Shown here: positions 1-12,300 of the stretch, one piece after another
Layout of the letters: each line of letters opens with the position of its first letter
Position numbering within the stretch: the stretch's first letter is position 1
Source of the DNA: Macrostomum lignano
Taxonomy: Eukaryota
DNA length: 64,000 bases
Reading direction: 5' to 3'
NCBI GenBank assembly: GCA_002269645.1
Contig: NIVC01000387.1
Span: 186,001 to 250,000 of the forward strand
Notes under the pieces: generated by a model
Database searches by the model: none
Told to the model about the DNA's origin: nothing
What the model saw: the letters and a program-made list of their open reading frames with translations, nothing else
Made by a program: the position numbers and the translations under genes

Positions 1-325
1 CTAACGGGAGTAGATAGTATAGAATATTACATAAAAAAATAAAAAATAAAATAAAATCACGATTATCATGGATAACAGAGTGATTAAAAGAGAAGGTTCT
101 GAGATTCTGACGACTGTTTTAGTGGCCGCGGAGTCCACCGAGGAGGCACAGAGAAGCAAAGTACAAAAATGTAAATATTCAAGGTAGTTAATGCGCAAAG
201 TGAATAATTTAAACAAATATTATTGAAACAATTGTGTGAAAAAAATTGTCGTCGATCATAAGAGGGATAGATTAAAATAAAGAGTAAAATTGTTCCAACG
301 AATCCGATTCCGCGAGCCTGTGTGC

Positions 326-3300
326 TCACTTGTCTCCCAGGTGTTGCAGAATTTGCAGCATTTTGCCATTGCTTTCGGTAACCTCCCGCATTTGCTCCTG
401 AAGCTTGGTGAACTTCTCCCTGAAATCAGTCAAGGACGGCTGCTGCTGACTCTGCCTGGCTAATGGGGCTGCTGCTGCTGACTCTGACTGGCTAATGGGG
501 CTGCTGCTGCTGACTCTGACTGGCTAATGGGGCTGCTGCTGCTGACTCTGACTGGCTAATGGGGCTGCTGCTGCTGACTCTGCCTGGCTAATGGGGCTGC
601 TGCTGCTGACTCTGACTGGCTAATGGGGCTGCTGCTGCTGACTCTGACTGGCTAATGGGGCTGCTGCTGCTGACTCTGACTGGCTAATGGGGCTGCTGCT
701 GACTCTGACTGGCTAATGGGGCTGCTGCTGACTCTGACTAGCTAATGGGGCTGCTGCTGCTGACTCTGACTGGCTAATGGGGCTGCTGCTGCTGACTCTG
801 ACTGGCTAATGGGGCTGCTGCTGCTGACTCTGACTGGCTAATGGGGCTGCTGCTGACTCTGACTGGCTAATGGGGCTGCTGCTGACTCTGACTAGCTAAT
901 GGGGCTGCTGCTGCTGACTCTGACTGGCTAATGGGGCTGCTGCTGCTGACTCTGACTGGCTAATGGGGCTGCTGCTGACTCTGACTGGCTAATGGGGCTG
1001 CTGCTGACTCTGACTAGCTAATGGGGCTGCTGCTGCTGACTCTGACTGGCTAATGGGGCTGCTGCTGCTGACTCTGACTGGCTAATGGGGCTGCTGCTGC
1101 TGACTCTGACTGGCTAATGGGGCTGCTGCTGACTCTGACTGGCTAATGGGGCTGCTGCTGACTCTGACTGGCTAATGGGGCTGCTGCTGACTCTGACTGG
1201 CTAATGGGGCTGCTGCTGCTGACTCTGACTGGCTAATGGGGCTGCTGCTGCTGACTCTGACTGGCTAATGGGGCTGCTGCTGCTGACTCTGACTGGCTAA
1301 TGGGGCTGCTGCTGACTCTGACTAGCTAATGGGGCTGCTGCTGCTGACTCTGACTGGCTAATGGGGCTGCTGCTGACTCTGCCTGGCTAATGGGGCGGCT
1401 GCTGACTCTGCTGATGAGAATGAGAAATGATGAGGATTGCAAGGATCAAAAAACGGGGTGACCCCCATGACGAAAGACTCACTCCAGCTCTTGCAGCTTC
1501 TCGCTCACTGCAGCGCCGTCCTGCTCCTTGTCTCCATTGTCCCTGATGCCAGCCGAGTCGGTGGCCAAAGCGGACACCGGCGTGGAGTGGTCGTCGCTCT
1601 CCGGATAGCGGCGCAGGTAGCGGTCAGTGGCGCGCTGCTCGATGGCTGAGAGTCGCTGATGCTGATTCTGGTCCAGCTCCATGGCTGCAGGGAGAAGCGG
1701 GCGGATTGAGTGAGAAGAGGAAGGCTTGCCCCACTTGGGTAACCGTATCAACTTTCACGAATTCGACACGAGCTCATGTGGATCCCCAATAGTTCAGAGT
1801 ACGATGGATTCTGTATCTAGGGTCCGTATCTAGGGTCTTCATCCAAAATCACTATCCAGCAGTGTCTATATCCAGTGTTACTATCCAGTGTCTATATCCA
1901 TAGTTACTATCCAGTGTCACTATCCAGTGTCTCTATCCATAGTTACTATCCAGTGTCACTATCCAGTGTCTCTATCCAGTGTCACTATCCAGTGTCTATA
2001 TCCATAGTCACTATCCAGTGTCTCTATCCAGTGTCACTATCCATAGTTACTATCCAGTGTCTATATCCATAGTCACTATCCAGTGTCTCTATCCAGTGTC
2101 ACTATCCATAGTTACTATCCAGTGTCTATATCCATAGTCACTATCCAGAGTTACTATCCAGTGTCACTATCCAGTGTCTCTATCCAGTGTCACTATCCAT
2201 AGTTACTATCCAGTGTCACTATCCATAGTTACTATCCAGTGTCACTATCCATAGTTACTATCCAGTGTCACTATCCATAGTTACTATCCAGTGTCAATAT
2301 CCATAGTTACTATCCAGTGTCACTATCCAGTGTCACTCTCCAGTGTCTCTATCCAGTGTCTATATCCATAGTCACTATCCAGTGTCTATATCCATAGTCA
2401 CTATCCAGTGTCTCTATCCAGTGTCTATATCCATAGTCACTATCCAGTGTCTCTATCCAGTGTCTATATCCATAGTTACTATCCAGTGTCACTATCCATA
2501 GTTACTATCCAGTGTCACTATCCAGTGTCACTATCCAGTGTCTCTATCCAGTGTCACTATCCATAGTTACTATCCAGTGTCACTATCCAGTGTCACTATC
2601 CATAGTCACTATCAAGTGTCACTATCCAGTGTCTCTATCCAGTGTCACTATCCAGTGTCACTATCCATAGTTACTATCCAGTGTCTCTATCCAGTGTCAC
2701 TATCCAGTGTCACTATCCATAGTCACTATCAAGTGTCACTATCCAGTGTCTCTATCCAGTGTCACTATCCAGTGTCACTATCCATAGTTACTATCCAGCA
2801 TCTCCATCCAGTGTCACTATCCAGTGTCTATATCCATAGTCACTATCCAGTGTCTATATCCATAGTCACTATCCAGTGTCTCTATCCAGTGTCACTATCC
2901 ATAGTTACTATCCAGTGTCTATAGCCATAGTTACTATTCAGTGTCACTATCCATAGTCACTATCCAGTGTCTATATCCATAGTCACTATCCAGTGTCTAT
3001 ATCCATAGTCACTATCCAGTGTCACTATCCATAGCCACTATCCAGTGTCTCTATCCGGTGTCACTATCCAGTGTTACTATCCAGTGTCTATATCCATAGT
3101 TACTATTCAGTGTCTATATCCATAGTTACTATCCAGTGTCTCTATCCAGTGTCACTATCCAGTGTCTCTATCCAGTGTCTATATCCATAGTTACTATCCA
3201 GTGTCTCTATCCAGTGTCTATATCCATAGTTACTATCCAGTGTCACTATCCATAGTTACTATCCAGTGTCTATATCCATAGTTACTATCCAGTGTCTCTA

Positions 3301-6300
3301 TCTAGTGTCTATATCCATAGTTACTATCCAGCATCTCCATCCAGTGTCTATATCCATAGTTACTATCCAGTGTCTCTATCCAGTGTCTATATCCATAGTT
3401 ACTATCCAGTGTCACTATCCAGTGTTTCTATCCAGTGTCTATATCCATAGTTACTATCCAGTGTCTATATCCATAGTTACTATCCAGTGTCTCTATCTAG
3501 TGTCTATATCCATAGTTACTATCCAGCATCTCCATCCAGTGTCTATATCCATAGTTACTATCCAGTGTTTCTATCCAGTGTCTATATCCATAGTTACTAT
3601 CCAGCATCTCTATCCAGTGTCACTATCCAGTGGTTCTATGCAGACTCATCCAGAGTCTCCTCGAAGAGTCCAGCACTCACTGAAGTCATCGTATTTCGGC
3701 TTAGCTCGATTGCTCCTGCAGCCTCTGGCGCAGCAGCGGCGCCGCAGGAAGCCGACCAGGCGAATTATGTGCGAAATGAAGACAAAAGGAGGCGGCAGCA
3801 CCGGCCGGGTGTAGTACTCGTAGATCAGCTCGTGCCGGATGTAAGCGTAGTACTTGTTGGACTCGGACTGCACCTTCTCGAAGGTGTGGCTGAAGGCGGG
3901 ATGAGCTGAGTTGTTTAGCTGAATATTGTTAAACACGCTGACAGAAATCCGAATTCTGAAGGTCTGAGGGTCCATACTGAACTTCCCAATTGATAGATTC
4001 AGAGGGTCTCAAATAATTTGTGAATGAGGGAAAGAGTTGGTGAATGGAGGTAGCGGAGAGCTGGTGAATGGGGATAGGGGAAGAGTTGGTGAATGGGGAT
4101 AGGGAAAGAGTTGGTGAATGGGGATAGGGAAAGAGTTGGTGAATGGGGATAGGGGAAAAGTTAGTGAATGAGGGAAAGAGTTGGTGAATGGAGGTAGGGG
4201 AAGAGTTGGTGAATGGTGATAGGGAAAGAGTTGGTGAATGGGGATAGGGAAAGAGTTGGTGAATGGGGATAGGGAAAGAGTTGGTGAATGGGGATAGGGA
4301 AAGAGTTGGTGAATGGAGGTAGCGAAGAGCTGGTGAATGGGGATAGGGGAAGAGTTGGTGAATGGGGATAGGGAAAGAGTTGGTGAATGGGGATAGGGAA
4401 AGAGTTGGTGAATGGGGATAGGGGAAGAGATGGTAAATGGTGATATGGAAAAAGATTGTGAATGGGGTTAGGGAAAGAGTTGGTGAAGAGGGGTAGGGAA
4501 AAAGATTGTGAATGAGGGGAAGAGTTGGTGAATGGGGGTAGGGAAAAAGATTGTGACTGAGGGGAAGAGTTGGTGAATGGGGGTAGGGAAAAAGATTGTG
4601 ACTGAGGGGAAGAGTTGGTGAATGGGGGATGAGGTTTGACTGTTGAATAAATTGGCAATAAAATCGAGTTCGCAGCATCAACGCAGCGCCACAGCCAGCT
4701 GCTCACCCGAACATGGCGATGAGCAGGTTGAGGAGAAGCACGTTGGTGCCCAGCATGTAGAAGGCCATGAGCACAATGACCAGCCAGTTGCGGGAGCCGC
4801 CCACAGCCATGCCTGCAGCGGAGTCAGATAAATCGGTGATAATTTCCAAATGACCTGAGATGTAAAGCCTTGGTCTGCAGCTTGCCCTAGTAAGTCAGTA
4901 TTATAAACGAAAAAGCAAAGTTTTATCATTAATTTTACACTCAATGCTAAGCCTGTCTAAATTTCATAATCTATATTTGGGAAATTTCTTGGGCTGAGTC
5001 TGTCTCTAATGCCGAAGTCGCGAGTTCGAGTTCCACAAATCAGTGTGAATCAGACTGTGTGCAGTGTGAGGCTGAGCGTATGAACACCCTGTATGAGCCT
5101 CAATAAGAGACGCTTCAAGACAGAGGCCCGCAACTTACCCTGGTCAACGCTCTCCAGTTCGAGCTCGCCGTACATCTGCCAGTAAGGTATGTACAGCACG
5201 CCACGCATGATGTCGTGAAAGTCGAACTTCTTGTTCACATAGTTGTAGTTGTTGTCCGTCATCAGCGAGAAGTAGGCGACTCCGTAGGCCAGCATGAAGA
5301 CGAGCAAAATGAGCACGAAGAAGATCACGTCGTTCAACTGAAGATTTGATGCATTGCCATTTGGGTGCAAGTCAATGTTACTGATCAGGCTCAGCCTGAG
5401 CTGCACAGTTTACATTCCCCTCATAAAGTGACTCACCATGTTGATGATCATGACCACCTTGGGCCCCAGAGTCTGGCTCGGGTAGTAGAACTGCATGAAC
5501 CGGATGAAGCACAGCGCCAGGGTCAGCGCGTACGCATTGCGCACCCAGTCGAAGTTCTGACAAGCCACGGTGAGGCGCAGCACGAGGCACAGCACGAACA
5601 GCGCAGAGATCACCATGTCGAACTTGTCCCAGTAGGACAGCTCGCCAACCTTCTTCACGAGCGGCTGCTGCTTGGAGAAGAACTGGCGGAACTCCTCGAG
5701 CACGTAGGTGAACGCCCACAGGAACATGTAGATTTCGATGCCGTGCGGCTGCGGGAAGCTGATGAAGGGCTCCACGTCGCTCGGCGGGCTAATCGAGTAG
5801 GTCGAGTTTATTTTGCAACTCCGCTGAATGGGGTGCAGCTGCACCAGCACGATGTATGAGTAGAAGATCAGGAAGGAGACGGTGCTGATCACGTTGAGGA
5901 TGAACTTGCAGATCGGTGCGCTGTAGAACAACCCCAGTGAGGTGCAAAACGCCATCCTGCGGAAGCCGTGGCGCTGGTGGCGCATCTTTCTGAGTCGCAT
6001 CTCCCGCCTGTTCTGCTTGTTGAAGTCCGAGATCACTTCCTCGACCTGGGATAGAGAGATGAGGTAAGAGCTAAAACTAGAGTTAAGCCTTCCTGTAGTT
6101 CTGATCTGATGGCACGAAGCAGTTGCACTTTGTCAAGACATTTTCTAGCTATTCGCTAGTTAAAACAGTCGAACTACCAAGAGGGGGAAAAATTCCCGCC
6201 CCCCTGACAATTTTTTTTGCTGCGCCGGAACGGAGCAACGCAGGCACACGAAATTCAAGAACACGGGCTAACTTTTTGTTGCGCACCTTCTCAAACAATA

Positions 6301-9300
6301 ATCAAGTCGCCAGCCTTCCGGACCGTCGAGATATTCGACAATTCTACCAGAAGATCGGATTTTTCCCATAAGTGCAAGTGTATTCAGTACACCCCTGTGC
6401 GCCAATCAGCACTGCGCCTCACTGCAGCTTTGCCAAGCCTCCAAATTTCATCAGCATATCGACCACATGTGTCTGCATCAGCTCTTCCTTCGTTGGTCAC
6501 TAGCCTTCACCGAGACGGAGCTTCTAGACATTCAACAGGTGGCAGTAGGTGACTATGGACACTCTGATACGAATTTCTCGAGTTTCGCTGATCAAGCCTT
6601 GACAATGGGCAAAACTCTACCGTGGGACATTCTCAGCTATTCTCTCAAGCATTCCGTCATCACCCGGACGTAGCAAAAATATTGTCTGGGGGGGAATTTT
6701 CCCCCTCTCTTGGTAGTTCGACGGGCGGAAAAATTCCTTGGTATTTCTACTGTTAATTACCTGCAGATCCTCCATCGCTTCACGCGCATGAAAGCCGCGC
6801 ATGTCCACAGCCTCCACTTCCTTCATCACAGATTTCACTTGCCGCTGCGTCTCCGGCTGGTCACCGGTGGAAATCTCCGGCTCGTCTTTGATCTGATCGG
6901 CTGCGTGCTGGTGAAAGACGAGCACCGGAACGAGGAAGGGCAGGAAGAGGCAGAGGATGATGCGCCAGTTGCTGGTGTCGGCCTCCATGCCTGCGGGATT
7001 AAAGAAATTTGAGTCAGTCGGCTCGGTGACACTCTCAACTTGGACACATCCTCAACGCAGACATAATCAGCTCACTGCCAACTTACCGCCCATCCAGGTC
7101 TGTGTGAGCACAGTCTGCACAGGTGTCTGGTACAACATGTCCATGCACTGGTTTGCCTCAGCGATAGCCATCACAGTCTGCTGGTTCCAGTAAGGCAGGC
7201 TGCGAATGAGCAGCAGTCTGCAGACAGCCCGGTTTTTGCTGCACTCTTCCAGCACGCCCACAGCCAGCTGCTCAAACCGGTGGGCATCGCGGGTCAGCTG
7301 ATCTGTGGTCTCCATCTCGCCGCGCTTCGCTGCATCCATGGCCATGTTGTTGAGAATGGAGTAGCCAATCAGAGCTGAGCCGATCTGGTCCTTGCCATGC
7401 TTCCAGAACAGGACGGCCAGCTCCACGTTGTGAGTCAGCAGCGACCAGAGGAACAGGTCCTGCGAGGTGAAGCGGCGCTTGCCGTTCTTGGTGTAGGGCG
7501 GGAAGATCGCTTCGCGCAGCAGCGGCCGCGCCAGCGGGGAGGCGCCTTTCATCGGGTTTTCTTGCAGGTTCTCTGAGAGGATTTTGCACGGTTTTACAGA
7601 TTGGGGGTGTTTTTAATTTGAGGCAGGGGGTTGTGTGCACCCTGGCGCACTTTAAGCGACATAGGCACACAACCGGCGAGAGGCATTGTTGCCCATTCCG
7701 CCGACTTTCCTGAGCAGGCATACAAGCGCGCGGATACGTACGCAGGCACACACTCACACAGGAGTGTACAGCGGCCCTAACTTTATTTTATCGTTAGGCA
7801 TGTACACTTCACTGCGCCTTGGGGGGTTGGCTCTCAAGGCCGTTAATTGCACGAGCAGAGCTAAGCCGAGATTCCAATTCAGCCCCAAATTAATGTGACT
7901 ACACTTGGAATCGAGCCCGGGTTGCTCGGCTACGGCCCCCTCAGTATTGGGGTTGGTGTGAGAGAGAGCGCCTATCTGCCATGCTGAATGCACCTGAAGT
8001 GTCTACAGACTGAAGACACTCACCTGGAGTATACAAATTGTCCACCGCATGCTCTGTGTACACCTTAATGAGCCAGTTGACGGCCTGCATGATGAGCTGT
8101 GGGTCGGTCTCCTTGTTGAAGTTGTTCGAAGCGTCCCACACCTGCTGTGACGACACGCTGCGAAAGGAGCAGCACTGGAAAAAGAAAGATTTATATTTTT
8201 TCCCTATATTTCACGAGAATTTTTGTACTTTAAAATTTTTCTAGCTTAAACATAACCAAAGAGTATTGAGGTCGTACTCAATGAGGTACTCTTTGGACAT
8301 AACCAACAAGAGCTTCGTTGCTGCAAGCTTACGGGAAGTTTGTCGAGTTTGTGCAACAGCCTGTCAGCCTGCTGGCTGCCGGAGCGAAACATCTGCAAAG
8401 CAAGCAAATACATGCAGTCCTCTGTACTTCACGGCAAGGAGCTAGCCATAAAACTAGCTGTAACAGACTGGCTGTAACACACTGGCTGTAACATACTGGC
8501 TGTAACAATCTGGCTGTAACAATCTGGCTGTAACAAACTGGCTGTAACACACTGGCTGTAACAATCTGGCTGTAACAGACTGGCTGTAACACACTGGCTG
8601 TAACAAACTGGCTGTAACACACTGGCTGTAACACACTGGCTGTAACACACTGGCTGTAACAATCTGGCTGTAATAAACTGGCTGTAACACACTGGCTGTA
8701 ACAATCTGGCTGTAACAAACTGCCTGTAACACACTGGCTGTAACACACTGGCTGTAACAATCTAGCTGTAACAATCTGGCTGTAACATACTGGCTGTAAC
8801 ACACTGGCTGTAACATACTGGCTGTAACACACTGGCTGTAACACACTGGCTGTAACAATCTGGCTGTAACAAACTGGCTGTAACAATCTGGCTGTAACAA
8901 ACTGGCTGTAACATACTGGCTGTAACACACTGGCTGTAACACACTGGCTGTAACAATCTGGCTGTAACAAACTGCCTGTAACAATCTGGCTGTAACAATC
9001 TGGCTGTAACACACTGGCTGTAACAATCTGGCTGTAACAAGCTGCCTGTAACACACTGGCTGTAACACACTGGCTGTAACAATCTAGCTGTAACAATCTG
9101 GCTGTAACACACTGGCTGTAACATACTGCCTATAACATACTGGCTGTAACAATCTGGCTGTAACAAACTGGCTGTAACAATCTGGCTGTAACAAACTGGC
9201 TGTAACACACTGGCTGTAACAATCTGGCTGTAACAAACTGGCTGTAACAATCTGGCTGTAACAAACTGGCTGTAACATACTGGCTGTAACACACTGGCTG

Positions 9301-12300
9301 TAACACACTGGCTGTAACAATCTGGCTGTAACACACTGGCTGTAACAATCTGGCTGTAACAAACTGGCTGTAACATACTGGCTGTAACACACTGGCTGTA
9401 ACAATCTGGCTGTAACAATCTAGCTGTAACAATCTGGCTGTAACAAACTGGCTGTAACACACTGGCTGTAACACACTGGCTGTAACACACTGGCTGTAAC
9501 AATCTGGCTGTAACAAACTGGCTGTAACAATCTGGCTGTAACAATCTGGCTGTAACAATCTGGCTGTAACAAACTAGCTGTAACAATCTGGCTGTAACAA
9601 ACTGGCTGTAACATACTGCCTATAACACACTGGCTGTAACACACTGGCTGTAACACACTGGCTGTAACACACTGGCTGTAACACACTGGCTGTAACAATC
9701 TGGCTGTAACACACTGGCTGTAACACACTGGCTGTAACACACTGGCTGTAACAATCTGGCTGTAACACACTGGCTGTAACAATCTGGCTGTAACAAACTG
9801 CCTGTAACACACTGGCTGTAACACACTGGCTGTAACAATCTAGCTGTAACAATCTGGCTGTAACACACTGGCTGTAACATACTGCCTATAACATACTGGC
9901 TGTAACAATCTGGCTGTAACAAACTGGCTGTAACAATCTGGCTGTAACAAACTGGCTGTAACAGACTGGCTGTAACACACTGGCTGTAACACACTGGCTG
10001 TAACAATCTGGCTGTAACAAACTGCCTGTAACACACTGGCTGTAACAATCTGGCTGTAACAATCTGGCTGTAACACACTGGCTGTAACAATCTGACTGTA
10101 ACAAACTGCCTGTAACACACTGGCTGTAACACACTGGCTGTAACAATCTAGCTGTAACAATCTGGCTGTAACACATTGGCTGCAACATACTGCCTATAAC
10201 ATACTGGCTGTAACAATCTGGCTGTAACAAACTGGCTGTAACAATCTGGCTGTAACAAACTGGCTGTAACACACTGGCTGTAACAATCTGGCTGTAACAA
10301 ACTGGCTGTAACAATCTGGCTGTAACAAACTGGCTGTAACATACTGGCTGTAACACACTGGCTGTAACACACTGGCTGTAACAAACTGGCTGTAACAATC
10401 TGGCTGTAACAAACTGGCTGTAACAGACTGGCTGTAACACACTGGCTGTAACACACTGGCTGTAACAATCTGGCTGTAACAAACTGCCTGTAACACACTG
10501 GCTGTAACAATCTGGCTGTAACAATCTGGCTGTAACACACTGGCTGTAACAATCTGGCTGTAACAAACTGCCTGTAACACACTGGCTGTAACACACTGGC
10601 TGTAACAATCTAGCTGTAACAATCTGGCTGTAACACACTGGCTGTAACATACTGCCTATAACATACTGGCTGTAACAATCTGGCTGTAACACACTGGCTG
10701 TAACAATCTGGCTGTAACAAACTGGCTGTAACAATCTGGCTGTAACAAACTGGCTGTAACATACTGGCTGTAACACACTGGCTGTAACACACTGGCTGTA
10801 ACAATCTGGCTGTAACAAACTGGCTGTAACAATCTGGCTGTAACAAACTGGCTGTAACATACTGGCTGTAACACACTGGCTGTAACAATCTGGCTGTAAC
10901 AATCTAGCTGTAACAATCTGGCTGTAACAAACTGGCTGTAACACACTGGCTGTAACAAACTGGCTGTAACAATCTGGCTGTAACAAACTGGCTGTAACAA
11001 TCTGGCTGTAACAAACTAGCTGTAACAATCTGGCTGTAACAAACTGGCTGTAACATACTGCCTATAACACACTGGCTGTAACACACTGGCTGTAACACAC
11101 TGGCTGTAACACACTGGCTGTAACACACTGGCTGTAACACACTGGCTGTAACACACTGGCTGTAACAATCTGGCTGTAACACACTGGCTGTAACAATCTG
11201 GCTGTAACACACTGGCTGTAACAATCTGGCTGTAACACACTGGCTGTAACAATCTGGCTGTAACACACTGGCTGTAACACACTGGCTGTAACACACTGGC
11301 TGTAACAATCTGGCTGTAACACACTGGCTGTAACAATCTGGCTGTAACACACTGGCTGTAACACACTGGACTACTGAGCAAGCAACATCCCTGCCTCACC
11401 CTCAGTCAGCTACAAAGTCAAAGCTCATAAAACTCAGCCATAATTCTTGGCCCACCTTGGCGTACAGGTCCGACAGAGTCTCCAGAGACAAAAACTTTGA
11501 CAGGTCGATGCCGTGCTCGAGAAATAACTTCACAAAATCCACCTGCTGCTTGTTGAGCGCCTCCTTCATCGCGCGCTGCAGATTCATGCCGGTCCACTTG
11601 GACTTGCGAGCCTCGGCGAAAATTTCAGCTGCGGCGATGTCCGCCGCTGCCAGGCCATGCAGAGCCGAACCTGCAGTTCGGTTCGGGGTTCAGGGACTGC
11701 TAGGGCGTGGGTCACGTGTGCGTGTTTCAACACCGGAACGAGCCGACTGCAATCTTAGTCGGCTTGCCGGACCATGCAGCAGGCGCATGTCCAGAGTTTT
11801 GTTAGTTGAATTGAATCCGATTCACTTTTGTGCCAAGAGGGACATTGTTGAACATTATTTAACATACCGAAAGAACTTATCTACTCTGTAGCCTTGCGGT
11901 TGTTTAACAAAGTCCCTTTCGGCGCGAATTTGAATTTCATTAAGCTGAACACAAGAAAACAACATGTGCCGAAATGCCGAGACACCCAGGCTAGATCCCT
12001 CACCCTGGACTCCAAGGGCTTAATTAATCAGAGGAAGGGGCCGATTCGCATCAGTTTTAAAAAACACAGAATTTCTCAGGATTTAACTGAATCGAGCAGG
12101 TTTATAATAAAATTTTGTTGCACGCAGGTACTCGTAGCCTTAAGCAAGGCCTTGGCTTAAAAACTGACAGCTTTCTAAAGACCAGGTCAACAACAATATA
12201 GCTTTTTGCAGCCCATTTGGGCTTACGCGCATTGAATTTAATCCAAGATATGTTTGTCAAAGTAATGGAGCTTTTGTCTATGGTAGCAAGGCTGGCGCAG

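Noticed and set aside
8452-11369. Long ORFs (LQPVCYSQ repeats) and similar ORFs over other arrays (e.g. 58801-59622, 62267-62992, 50001-50330)
   Set aside because: They are translations of stop-free tandem repeats inside introns defined by flanking phase-consistent exons; there is no coding signal.
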